From the NCBI RefSeq assembly GCF_900113635.1, contig NZ_FOQA01000003.1, positions 1 to 48,485 on the forward strand: a stretch of DNA of 48,485 nucleotides, given 5' to 3'. Positions within the stretch are counted from its first letter, which is position 1. The number at the start of each line of letters is the position of its first letter. The translations under genes and the position numbers were made by a program. This stretch comes from Tindallia magadiensis (GTDB lineage: Bacteria > Bacillota > Clostridia > Peptostreptococcales > Tindalliaceae). Below, piece after piece: positions 1-8,576 of the stretch. The notes under the pieces are model-generated. The model was given only the letters and a program-made list of their open reading frames with translations, had not been told where the DNA came from and did no database searches.

Positions 1-222
1 GACGGTGGAGAAAGTAAAATCACATTGAACGCCAGAGGCAACCAGGTAGAAATGTGGTTAAACCGTAACGAGATCCGTGCCAATGGAAGCATGGGGCGAA
101 TGGACGTAGCCCCCGTTTCTATTGGTGGAAGAACCTTTGTCCCTCTACGATTTTCAACGGATAATTTAGATGCTCGGGCCGAATGGATTAACTCTACTAG
201 AGAAGTGGTGATTATTTTTTAA
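1..222 (+). CDS. 3' end of upstream paralog (partial, starts before window). It encodes a copper-amine-oxidase N-terminal-like stalk domain.
   Basis: Open frame from base 1 (DGGESKITLNARGNQVEMW...VVIIF*). About 96% nucleotide identity to 1531-1751, the 3' end of the next gene. Confidence 0.6.
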   Translation, partial: DGGESKITLNARGNQVEMWLNRNEIRANGSMGRMDVAPVSIGGRTFVPLRFSTDNLDARAEWINSTREVVIIF

Positions 223-356
223 GCGATCTTCTAATGAGGATCACTATTATAATGAATTGGACAGAGGGATTATCTTAGTGACGGGTCATAAAAAAGAACG
301 GTTTTTTAGTGAAGGATTGGTAATGAAGCGGTCAAAAGTAAAGGAGGAGGATTTTT

Positions 357-1751
357 ATGAGAAAAAAAAGTATTTCGATGGTGTTGGCAATCACACTTTT
401 ATTTTCGCTGATAACCTTGGGGTCTGTTGAAAATGCCTTTGCATCCGAAGGCGCTTGGGTAATGGTGGATACTCAGTACAGATTAAACGGTGAATGGTTG
501 ACATCGCCAGCAGGTATAACACGATCAGACGATGACACGACCAGTAGAATGATTGAGCAGCAGGAAAACAAAGTCTTTATTAAAATACAAGGCGGCAGAA
601 GAAGCAATAGTTTTCCCATAAGGCATATGGAAGCAGAGTATACCTGGGAATCGCCACCATCAGTGCTTCAGCCTGGCGAAAGAGTTAGAATACCGGTGGA
701 GCAGAAGGTTATTGCCAATGAAACCGGAGATCTGTTTTCAAGTTATTCAGTCAGAGTGAGGGACGGTCAGCATGCACGGTTTGTTATTGAAGGTCAGCCG
801 GACAAAGAAAGCCTTCACATGGGACTTACTACTAGAGAGAGAAGTGAACAATATTGGGTGCAAAATTCTATCTCGGTAGTATTTATAAGAGATGCATGGG
901 ATGCAGGACGAGAAGGTCATGAAAGATGGTTTGAAGTATCCATAGGACCAGGTGGTTCACCAGGCCACTCTCAAGTTCGTTACGTTTACGAATGGCAGGA
1001 AGGAGCGGCACCATCACCAGCACCTCAGCCGGAGCCAACCCCCGCACCACCAGCCACCACAGGCCAGGCAACAGAAGCTACAGATGCCGGGAATCGGATG
1101 GAATGGCCGAAAGTCAGCGGTGCGTTAGGTTACCGAATTTTCCGTTCCACAGACCCTAACCAACTGGGTGAATCCGTAACCGATTTTTTTATTGAAGAAT
1201 TGCCCTTTATTGATGTCAACATTCAACCCAATACAGATTACCATTACACCGTTAAGCCGGTACTGCGGGAAGCCAATCCCCTGCAAAACATTGAGGAAGA
1301 GTTGGGAGAAGCCATTGCTACCTATACGGTGCGCAGCAGTTCCAATATCATCAGCAGTACAGCACAACGAAGCTTTATTGTCCTGACCATTGATAAGCCC
1401 CATATGATCGTTAACGGCGTTGCCGAAGAAATCGATCCAGGTCGTGGCACTGTGCCCATCATCACCTCCGGTCGAACCATGGTACCAATTCGTGCCATTG
1501 TAGAGGCCATGGGAGGAACCGTTGGCTGGGACGGTGGAGAAAGTAAAATCACCCTGAACGCCAGAGGCAACCAGGTAGAAATGTGGTTAAACCGTAACGA
1601 GATCCGTGCCAATGGAAGCATGGGACGAATGGACGTAGCACCCGTTTCTATTGGTGGAAGAACCTTTGTCCCTCTACGATTCTCAACGGATAATTTAGAT
1701 GCTCGGGCCGAATGGATTAACTCTACCAGAGAAGTGGTGATTATCTTCTAA
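357..1751 (+). CDS. Secreted protein with C-terminal copper amine oxidase N-terminal-like (stalk) domain
   Basis: GGAGG RBS (342-349) before ATG 357. N-terminal signal peptide (MRKKSISMVLAITLLFSLITLGSVENAFA). Pro/Thr-rich linker, then a C-terminal domain typical of clostridial cell-surface proteins (GRTMVPIRAIVEAMGGTVGWD...). Confidence 0.75.
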   Translation: MRKKSISMVLAITLLFSLITLGSVENAFASEGAWVMVDTQYRLNGEWLTSPAGITRSDDDTTSRMIEQQENKVFIKIQGGRRSNSFPIRHMEAEYTWESPPSVLQPGERVRIPVEQKVIANETGDLFSSYSVRVRDGQHARFVIEGQPDKESLHMGLTTRERSEQYWVQNSISVVFIRDAWDAGREGHERWFEVSIGPGGSPGHSQVRYVYEWQEGAAPSPAPQPEPTPAPPATTGQATEATDAGNRMEWPKVSGALGYRIFRSTDPNQLGESVTDFFIEELPFIDVNIQPNTDYHYTVKPVLREANPLQNIEEELGEAIATYTVRSSSNIISSTAQRSFIVLTIDKPHMIVNGVAEEIDPGRGTVPIITSGRTMVPIRAIVEAMGGTVGWDGGESKITLNARGNQVEMWLNRNEIRANGSMGRMDVAPVSIGGRTFVPLRFSTDNLDARAEWINSTREVVIIF

Positions 1752-1924
1752 CAGATGGGTTGCGTGTCGGTTTTGTAAAATTGTATCATTATTGTTTCGT
1801 TATTATTGTTTCACTAAGGTAGAGAGTGTTGTTAAAAGTAGAGAGTGTTGTTCGCTTAAAAGAATAACTTGCGGAAAGAAAGACAACATGCTATGATGGT
1901 TTTGAAAATTAAATCAGAAGTAAA

Positions 1925-2017
1925 CACTGGGAGTGTCGGTTAGGCCGACTGAGAGGAAGACCCGTTTAAGTCTTCGATCCCTGTACCTGATCTGGGTTAT
2001 GCCAGCGTAGGAAAGTG
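1925..2017 (+). promoter_or_regulatory. TPP (THI-box) riboswitch aptamer
   Basis: Conserved THI-element blocks are present: CUGAGA (gactgagagg), ACCCG (gacccgttt) and the near-invariant CCUGAUCUGGNUAAUGCCAGCGUAGGGAA block (cctgatctgggttatgccagcgtaggaaag). A cact...agtg P1 helix closes the aptamer. It lies directly upstream of thiamine salvage genes. Confidence 0.85.
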
Positions 2018-2050
2018 CTTTACATGTTAACACGTACCATGTGTTCAAAA

Positions 2051-2080
2051 AGCATTGCCGGCCGGCAATGCTTTTTCTGT
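2051..2080 (+). terminator. Riboswitch expression-platform intrinsic terminator
   Basis: Perfect 11-bp inverted repeat agcattgccgg/ccggcaatgct followed by a T-run ctttttctgtcttttt. Confidence 0.7.
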
Positions 2081-2117
2081 CTTTTTGTTATCATCACGAT
2101 CTGAAAGGAGGAAATCA

Positions 2118-2621
2118 ATGAATATTCGTACCCTTACCATGGCAGCCTTATTGATTGCAATTGGTGTAGTGACTGCTCATACCATTGTTATCCCTGCGGG
2201 AGTTGCAAAAGCCTTCCCTATGCAACATGCGATAAATGTAGTGGCAGCCATGTTGCTAGGCACACCCATGGCTGTCGTGGTAGCCTTTGTGATTTCTCTT
2301 TTGAGAAACCTACTGGGCACCGGTTCTTTACTGGCATTTCCCGGCAGTATTTTCGGAGCTTTGCTGGCAGGATTTATTTTTCAGAAAACAGGGAGACCTT
2401 CATTAACCATGATGGGGGAAATTCTTGGCACCTCTCTACTAGGTGCTCTGGTCGCTTTTCCCTTGGCAACCTATGTAATGGGTTTTGAAGGTGCCTGGCT
2501 CTTTTTTATCCTTCCCTTTGGCATCAGTTCTGCTAGTGGAGCCGTTATCGGTGTTTTAGTAATGGGAGCACTCTGCAAAAGCAAAGCAATTAATTTACGC
2601 AAAGGAGGTTGTTTGAAATGA
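2118..2621 (+). CDS. thiW: ThiW, thiazole (HET) ECF-type transporter S component
   Basis: RBS aaaggagg (2105-2112) with ATG at 2118. The track ORF start at 2055 lies inside the terminator. Small polytopic membrane protein MNIRTLTMAALLIAIGVV.... First gene after the TPP riboswitch and followed by thiD and thiM. Confidence 0.65.
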   Translation: MNIRTLTMAALLIAIGVVTAHTIVIPAGVAKAFPMQHAINVVAAMLLGTPMAVVVAFVISLLRNLLGTGSLLAFPGSIFGALLAGFIFQKTGRPSLTMMGEILGTSLLGALVAFPLATYVMGFEGAWLFFILPFGISSASGAVIGVLVMGALCKSKAINLRKGGCLK

Positions 2622-3424
2622 AAAACTTGGTAACAATTGCTGGTTCTGACAGTTCTGGTGGTGCTGGTATTCAGGCAGATCTGAAAACATTCTGTGCCCA
2701 TGGTGTTTTTGGGATGAGTGTTATTACAGCCGTTACAGCTCAGAATACTCAGGGAGTAACGGGAGTACAAGACATCGAAGCAACCATGATAAACAAACAG
2801 TTAGAAGCCTTATGGGAGGACTGTCAGATTCATGGAATCAAAATAGGGATGGTATCAACCATCGACACCATTACAACCATTGCTTCTTTTTTGCGGCGGG
2901 TTAGGAAGATTCCTGTGGTATTGGATCCGGTGATGGTATCAAAAAGCGGATTTCATCTATTAAAGCCAGAATCAAAAAAAGCAATGTTGGACCAGCTATT
3001 ACCTTTAGCTACTGTAGTAACCCCTAACCTTCCGGAGGCAGAAGTGATCACCGGCCTACAGGTATCTTCAGAAGCGGAGATGAAAAAAGCCGGGGAAGCG
3101 ATTCACAGACTAGGCCCCTCCTATGTGTTAATGAAAGGTGGGCATTTGCCGGGTGAGGAAGCGGTGGACTTGCTATATGATGGGGAAAACTGGTATCGCT
3201 ATGCCTGTCAACGGATCGATACGAAAAACACCCATGGTACGGGATGCACCTTATCCGCCTCCTTAGCCGCTAACTTAGCAAAAGAAATGACCATGAGAGA
3301 AGCTGTAGAAGCATCTAAAACCTATATGAAAAAAGCCATCGAAGAGTCCTTCGCCATTGGCAGTGGGCCCGGACCGGTACATCATTTTCATGAGTATTAT
3401 GATCTTAAAGGAAGGAGACGGTAA
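2618..3424 (+). CDS. thiD: Hydroxymethylpyrimidine/phosphomethylpyrimidine kinase ThiD
   Basis: Motif IAGSDSSGGAGIQADLKTF. RBS aaaggagg (2601-2608) and ATG 2618. ATGA overlap with thiW. Confidence 0.9.
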   Translation: MKNLVTIAGSDSSGGAGIQADLKTFCAHGVFGMSVITAVTAQNTQGVTGVQDIEATMINKQLEALWEDCQIHGIKIGMVSTIDTITTIASFLRRVRKIPVVLDPVMVSKSGFHLLKPESKKAMLDQLLPLATVVTPNLPEAEVITGLQVSSEAEMKKAGEAIHRLGPSYVLMKGGHLPGEEAVDLLYDGENWYRYACQRIDTKNTHGTGCTLSASLAANLAKEMTMREAVEASKTYMKKAIEESFAIGSGPGPVHHFHEYYDLKGRRR

Positions 3425-3425
3425 A

Positions 3426-4283
3426 ATGGAAGGCTTTCCTTTTACACAGATGATGACGGAAGCAATAAGGAAAAAACCATTGATCCATCATATTACCAAT
3501 TATGTGACCGCTAATGATTCAGCAAACACAGTCTTAGCCTTTGGCGGCAGTCCTGTTATGGCAGACGAACCGGAAGAAGTGGAAGAAATGACTAGCATGG
3601 CATCGGCACTGGTGCTGAATATGGGAACCTTGAATAAACGAAGCATTAAGGCCATGTTTTTAGCTGGCAAAAAAGCAAATGAACAGGGGATTCCGGTGGT
3701 GCTGGATCCAGTAGGAGCAGGGGCAACAACCCTGAGGAATGAAACGGCTCGGGAGCTCTTAAAACAAATCAACTTTTCTTTTATAAGGGGAAATGCATCG
3801 GAAATTCTTGCGATTGCTGGGATGGAAAGCAATACAAAAGGGGTGGATTCAGAGGAGAAAGAGGTTTCAGACATGCAGGAAATAGCAGGGTTTCTCTCTG
3901 ATAAATATGGCACTACCATTGGAGTGACGGGCAAAGTAGATCTGGTAATGGGAGAAAATCAGATTTTTGAGTTAAGCAATGGAAGTGCCGAGCTGGTGAA
4001 GGTAACAGGCACTGGATGCATGACCACTTCTTTGATTGCTTTATACTTGGGGGCGGGCAATAAACCAATAGAATCAGGAATACTAGGGATCTCCATTATG
4101 GCTATTGCCGGAGAGTTGGCGGCAGAAAATCCTTCTCAGGAGATGCCCTTCACTAGTTTTCCTTTACGGTTAAAAGATTATTTGAGTGATTTTTCGGTAT
4201 CGCTTGTTCCGGAAAAAATAAAACTGAGAGAGGTGGCCGAAAAGCATGACAGAAAAGCCTGGCAAGAAAATGAAGATAGATGA
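3426..4283 (+). CDS. thiM: Hydroxyethylthiazole kinase ThiM
   Basis: PLIHHITNYVTANDSANTVLAFGGSPVMAD signature. ATG 3426 sits 1 nt after the thiD stop, with RBS aaggaaggag. Confidence 0.9.
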   Translation: MEGFPFTQMMTEAIRKKPLIHHITNYVTANDSANTVLAFGGSPVMADEPEEVEEMTSMASALVLNMGTLNKRSIKAMFLAGKKANEQGIPVVLDPVGAGATTLRNETARELLKQINFSFIRGNASEILAIAGMESNTKGVDSEEKEVSDMQEIAGFLSDKYGTTIGVTGKVDLVMGENQIFELSNGSAELVKVTGTGCMTTSLIALYLGAGNKPIESGILGISIMAIAGELAAENPSQEMPFTSFPLRLKDYLSDFSVSLVPEKIKLREVAEKHDRKAWQENEDR

Positions 4284-4911
4284 AAAAGACTATCTATTAT
4301 ACCTAGTGACAGATGAACGTTTTCAAAGAGAAGAGGATTTTCTCTCGATCGTCGAGGCAGGCCTTAAAGGTGGCGTCAGCATGGTACAGCTTCGGGAAAA
4401 AAACCTTTCTTCGAAAGCCTTATTTTATCGGGCTGAAAAATTGGCGGCATTGACCAGTGCTTATAAGATTCCACTTATCATTAATGATCGGGCTGATATT
4501 GCCATGGCTGTAGGTGCTCAGGGAGTGCATCTTGGGCAGGATGATTTGCCTTTGCCAGCACTGCGAAGGATGGTAAAGGAGGAACTACTGATTGGTGTTT
4601 CGGCGGCAACCAAAGAAGAGGCGCTTCGGGCAGAAGCAGAAGGAGCCGATTATCTGGGCGTAGGCGCTTTATATCCAACAGAAACAAAAACTAACACCAG
4701 AAAAGTAAGCTTGGAAGAATTATATCAAATTCGAAAAGCCGTAAAAATACCTATTGTAGGCATTGGTGGGATCAATGAAAACAATGTAGCGGAGGTAATG
4801 GACCAGGAGATTCAAGGGGTAGCAGTTGTTTCGGCGATCACTAAGGCAAAAGATCCAATGGAAGCAGCAAAAAAGCTAAAACAAAGGATGCTTCAGAATA
4901 CAAATATCTAA
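4246..4911 (+). CDS. thiE: Thiamine-phosphate synthase ThiE
   Basis: LYLVTDE...GVSMVQLREK...IINDR motifs. RBS gaggtgg 8 nt upstream of ATG 4246. Overlaps the thiM 3' end. Confidence 0.9.
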   Translation: MTEKPGKKMKIDEKDYLLYLVTDERFQREEDFLSIVEAGLKGGVSMVQLREKNLSSKALFYRAEKLAALTSAYKIPLIINDRADIAMAVGAQGVHLGQDDLPLPALRRMVKEELLIGVSAATKEEALRAEAEGADYLGVGALYPTETKTNTRKVSLEELYQIRKAVKIPIVGIGGINENNVAEVMDQEIQGVAVVSAITKAKDPMEAAKKLKQRMLQNTNI

Positions 4912-5028
4912 AAAAGCTTGAATAGAACAATGTGAACAGAAAAGCTTGAAAAGAAAGGTTTGAAAGGAAGATTTGCGAAAGCAAAAGACCTTTTATATAA
5001 TGGGAAGAAAAAAGGCAGGGACGACACC

Positions 5029-5778
5029 ATGCGAATGATTATTTCACCGGCAAAAACCATGAATATGACCAATGACCATTTTGAGCCTCAGCAAATGCCG
5101 ATTTTTCTAAAAGAAACAGAAATATTACTGGAAGAACTGAGAGAGAAAGATGACGAAGCCTTGCAAGCCATTTGGAAATGCAGTGATAAAATTGCCGCTC
5201 TTAACAGAGAAAGGATTCGCAGAATGGATCTGCACCATTCACTGACACCGGCAATCCTGGCCTTTGAAGGTATTCAGTATAAATACATGGCCCCCATCGT
5301 CTTTGAAAACAAAGATTTTGAGTATATCGAAAAGCACCTGCGGATATTATCAGGGTTTTATGGCTGTCTTCGTCCTTTTGACGGGGTGAGGCCTTATCGA
5401 CTGGAAATGCAGGCAAAGCTGAAGGGGAAAAAGGTAGACTCTCTTTACGCCTTCTGGGGTCGGAAAATAGCTGACCAGCTTTTTTCAGAAAGCCACTGTA
5501 TTCTAAACCTAGCTTCAGAAGAATACAGTAAATGTATTTCTCCTTATATGACAGAAGAAATTACTTTTATCACCTGCATTTTTGGAGAGATAAAAGAAGG
5601 AAAAGTCATCGAAAAAGGAACCCTGGTGAAAATGGCCAGGGGAGAGATGGTACGATTTATGGCAGAACATAAAATAGAAGAAGTGGAAGAAATAAAAGCC
5701 TTTAACCGGCTGGGTTACGCTTTCTCTGAAAAACACTCGGATCATCGGACCTTTGTGTTTCTTAAAGACCAGCCGTAG
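5029..5778 (+). CDS. yaaA: YaaA-family (UPF0246) peroxide-stress protein
   Basis: N-terminus MRMIISPAKTMN matches the YaaA MLIxISPAKTLD signature. Start taken at ATG 5029, because the track start 4960 is TTG and extends N-terminally. Confidence 0.7.
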   Translation: MRMIISPAKTMNMTNDHFEPQQMPIFLKETEILLEELREKDDEALQAIWKCSDKIAALNRERIRRMDLHHSLTPAILAFEGIQYKYMAPIVFENKDFEYIEKHLRILSGFYGCLRPFDGVRPYRLEMQAKLKGKKVDSLYAFWGRKIADQLFSESHCILNLASEEYSKCISPYMTEEITFITCIFGEIKEGKVIEKGTLVKMARGEMVRFMAEHKIEEVEEIKAFNRLGYAFSEKHSDHRTFVFLKDQP

Positions 5779-6955
5779 AAAGGGAAAGCAGGGTCTCCAA
5801 AAATTCCTGGGCAGCTTCTTGATCAATGTTGATATCTTGGGCAAAAACGACTTCTTCCAAAGCAGACCCATAATACTGAGCTACTCCCCGGGAGTTTCTT
5901 CCGGACCAATGCCTGATGATACGGGTCCCCTGAAGTATTGGCTGATGGAATAAGGAACAAAGACGGGTATGGATCTGATCTTTTTCATCAATAGTAATAA
6001 TATAGATCAGATAAATACTTGAATCTTCCGCCAAAAAGCGAAGCAGTTTATCGATATTATAACCCTTAGGGTTACTGGAGAGGCGTAATGCCTTCGATTT
6101 GATATCTACTTTGATATGGTAGCCATCTATCCGGTCATGATAGTCATCCAGTTCATGGTCAACAAAAAGAGTTGGCAAAGGCGTCCCTTCGCGGAGGGCT
6201 TTCAGTAAAGCCCTATGATGGGTATCGGATTTAGTAATTAGATATTCGATGGCCTGCCCTTTTAAATTAACATTACTGATGTTTTTTGCCACCGTGGCAA
6301 TCTCTTGATGAACGCTGGCTACCCGTTGATCCAGATCTTTTTTTAGCTGGTGATAAGCAGAGGATTTCATAAACTGGCAGGTTCGTTCAACAGCCTGTTC
6401 AAGCGTCTCTAATTGAGAAGCGGTGGGTATAAATATTTTTCCGGAAGGTTTGATTTGATTCGTTGCCTCTACCAGTCTAGGCAAATGATCATCAAAAGAG
6501 AAAGCCTGATGATGTTCGTATAATTGCTGGAAGTTTGACGGAGTATTTTCAAGTCCTCCAAAGATTTTCATAATGTCCGGGCCGTTAATACTGCCTTTAA
6601 TATTGTCTTCCCGTAAATCTTGGGAAGAATGGCTCACCTTTTTCAGAAAAGTAGAATTCGCCAGCAACAGATGGTTTTTTGTCGGGGTGACGCAGCAGAC
6701 GATAAAGGGAAGATGATCGAGTTTTTTTATTTTGGATAACCCAATCACCGTGTTGGAAAACCCGTTAAGGGTAGCTGCTTTTGAAAAACGGATCGCATAA
6801 AAATCATTTCGAAGAACGCTCCCGTCCTTTCTTAAATGAAAGGTATTTTTTACCGATTCCTGTAATTGACTTTTGTCCTGTTTCCCATCTTGACTTTGGA
6901 TAAAAGAAATAAGCTGGCTTACTTTTCCGGGCTCATACATGTTAATCCTCCTCAA
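5762..6955 (-). CDS. Putative type II restriction endonuclease (unrecognised family)
   Basis: 397-aa ORF immediately downstream of the DNA methyltransferase and overlapping it by 14 nt, on the same strand. No motif I can assign. Possible degenerate PD..D-x-K element (IDGYHIKVDIKSK). The call rests on context. Confidence 0.45.
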   Translation of the reverse strand: MRRINMYEPGKVSQLISFIQSQDGKQDKSQLQESVKNTFHLRKDGSVLRNDFYAIRFSKAATLNGFSNTVIGLSKIKKLDHLPFIVCCVTPTKNHLLLANSTFLKKVSHSSQDLREDNIKGSINGPDIMKIFGGLENTPSNFQQLYEHHQAFSFDDHLPRLVEATNQIKPSGKIFIPTASQLETLEQAVERTCQFMKSSAYHQLKKDLDQRVASVHQEIATVAKNISNVNLKGQAIEYLITKSDTHHRALLKALREGTPLPTLFVDHELDDYHDRIDGYHIKVDIKSKALRLSSNPKGYNIDKLLRFLAEDSSIYLIYIITIDEKDQIHTRLCSLFHQPILQGTRIIRHWSGRNSRGVAQYYGSALEEVVFAQDINIDQEAAQEFLETLLSLSTAGL

Positions 6956-8000
6956 AGGCTCCTATTTCCAGTTGACAAGGGTCCGAAAGATCTGCTTTCT
7001 CCTGATGTTGATTTGTCGTTGTTTTTTGTTCGCTAAGGGAATTTCTTTCCCAAAAAACGCCATCCACATATCCCTGAATGGTTGGATCTTCCTCAGCCAT
7101 CTCCAGTCGTTTCTCTGTCCAAAGGCAGTATAGGGGATTTTCTTCCACACCCAGGTAATGCCGTCCCAGTTTTTTTGCCACGACGCTGGTGGTTCCGGAG
7201 CCTAAGAAAGGGTCAAAAACCACGTCCCCAGGATTAGAGCTGGCTAAGATCATTTTGGCAATCAGCTTTTCAGACTTTTGAGTGGGATGAGCCGTGTTTT
7301 CAGGCATAGACCAGAAGGGGATGGTAATATCCGACCAGAAATTGGAAGGACAGGTATCGCGATAATTGCCAGTTTCGCTTTCAACCCAGTCCTTTGGCTT
7401 ACCATCGACCCGATAGGGAGCGATTACTTTTTTACGAATTTTCACATCTTCTAGATTGAAGGTATAGTTATTGGAGATGGTGGCGTACCAAATGTCTTCC
7501 AAACCATTTTTCCAATTTGCTTTTGCACCTCGTCCTTTTTCACGTTGCCAGGTGATTCGGTTTTTTACTTTCGTTATTTCCATTAAAACATTGCCAATCG
7601 TTAAGCTGGTTTCCCAGTCGCAACAAACATAGATAGAACCGTTATCCTTTAGCAGAGGCAATACCTGCTCCAACCATTTTCTGGTATAGGCTTCATATTG
7701 ATCCTTACTTCTTTTTGAAAAACCATTGCCATGAAAGGCTTTTGTTAAGTTATAAGGAGGATCGGCAATGATTAAATCAATGCTTTTCTCTGGTATATGA
7801 GGGGCGGCTTCAAATAAATCGCCGATAATGGTTTTATCCAGCAGATGATCCATATCAGAAGGCTGATCAAGACGGATGCATTTGTCCAGATAAGATTGTC
7901 CTTCTTCAATAGAAATATCGATGGTTTTATTTCGTGGGGCTTTTTTTTTGCTCACGGTTTCACCCTTTCTCGCAATATCGATAGAATCCAATAATATCAA
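6942..8000 (-). CDS. Beta-class DNA amino-methyltransferase (N6-adenine or N4-cytosine), R-M modification subunit
   Basis: Motif IV LIIADPPYN precedes the AdoMet motif I VVFDPFLGSGTTSVVAKKLGRHYLGVE. This is the beta-class order of the N6_N4_Mtase family. Confidence 0.85.
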   Translation of the reverse strand: MILLDSIDIARKGETVSKKKAPRNKTIDISIEEGQSYLDKCIRLDQPSDMDHLLDKTIIGDLFEAAPHIPEKSIDLIIADPPYNLTKAFHGNGFSKRSKDQYEAYTRKWLEQVLPLLKDNGSIYVCCDWETSLTIGNVLMEITKVKNRITWQREKGRGAKANWKNGLEDIWYATISNNYTFNLEDVKIRKKVIAPYRVDGKPKDWVESETGNYRDTCPSNFWSDITIPFWSMPENTAHPTQKSEKLIAKMILASSNPGDVVFDPFLGSGTTSVVAKKLGRHYLGVEENPLYCLWTEKRLEMAEEDPTIQGYVDGVFWERNSLSEQKTTTNQHQEKADLSDPCQLEIGAFEED

Positions 8001-8179
8001 TGTTTTCAGGACTCTATACTTCTCGTATTATACCAAAGATCCGAAGGAATGACCAGCCGAATATGGCTTTTGATTACTTTTATCTTAAGATAGATCATAC
8101 TTAGTTATTGCAAAACTAAGCAAGACGTGATAAAATCCATTTAGTAAAGTTTGCCTTGTGTAAAGGGAGGTGTATTATT

Positions 8180-8371
8180 TTGGCTAGAACATGTTTTGTT
8201 TGTAACAAAGGAAAAGTATTCGGTAACAGTGTTAGTCACTCGAATCGACATAATAAGCGAGTTTGGTTACCAAACCTGCGGAGAGTTAAAGCAGTGGTTG
8301 ACGGTTCTTCAAGAAGAGTCAATGTCTGCACTCGGTGCCTTCGGTCCGGAAAAATTCAAAGAGCTTTATAA
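8180..8371 (+). CDS. rpmB: 50S ribosomal protein L28
   Basis: (M)ARTCFVCNKGKVFGNSVSHSNRHNKRVWLPNL is the L28 signature. TTG start at 8180 with GGGAGG RBS 9 nt upstream. The track ORF 8156 extends past the RBS. Confidence 0.85.
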   Translation: MARTCFVCNKGKVFGNSVSHSNRHNKRVWLPNLRRVKAVVDGSSRRVNVCTRCLRSGKIQRAL

Positions 8372-8467
8372 GAAAATCAAAAAATCTGTAAAAACACAGC
8401 AGATAAAAACACAGCAAAAATCTCTTAACTGACAGTACTCAGCCTAAGGGATTTTTTGTTTTTGTAG

Positions 8468-8551
8468 AAAAATAGAATCAAAAAAATGAAATCAAAGGAA
8501 AAGAAAATAGAATCAAAGGAAAAGAAAATAGAATCAAAGGACAAGAAAATG
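8468..8551. repeat. About four tandem copies of a 21-bp unit (gaatcaaaggaaaagaaaata)
   Basis: Read directly. Near-perfect copies at 8489-8509, 8510-8530 and 8531-8551, with a degenerate copy before them. Lies between rpmB and sbcD. Confidence 0.6.
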
Positions 8552-8576
8552 AACATAGGATGGAGCGTGAAATAAG

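Noticed and set aside
2055-2117. Track start of the thiW ORF at 2055
   Set aside because: It lies inside the riboswitch terminator hairpin. The consensus RBS and ATG are at 2105-2120.
8151-8432. 93-aa ORF overlapping rpmB in another frame
   Set aside because: The L28 frame carries the unmistakable ribosomal signature. The alternative frame has none.
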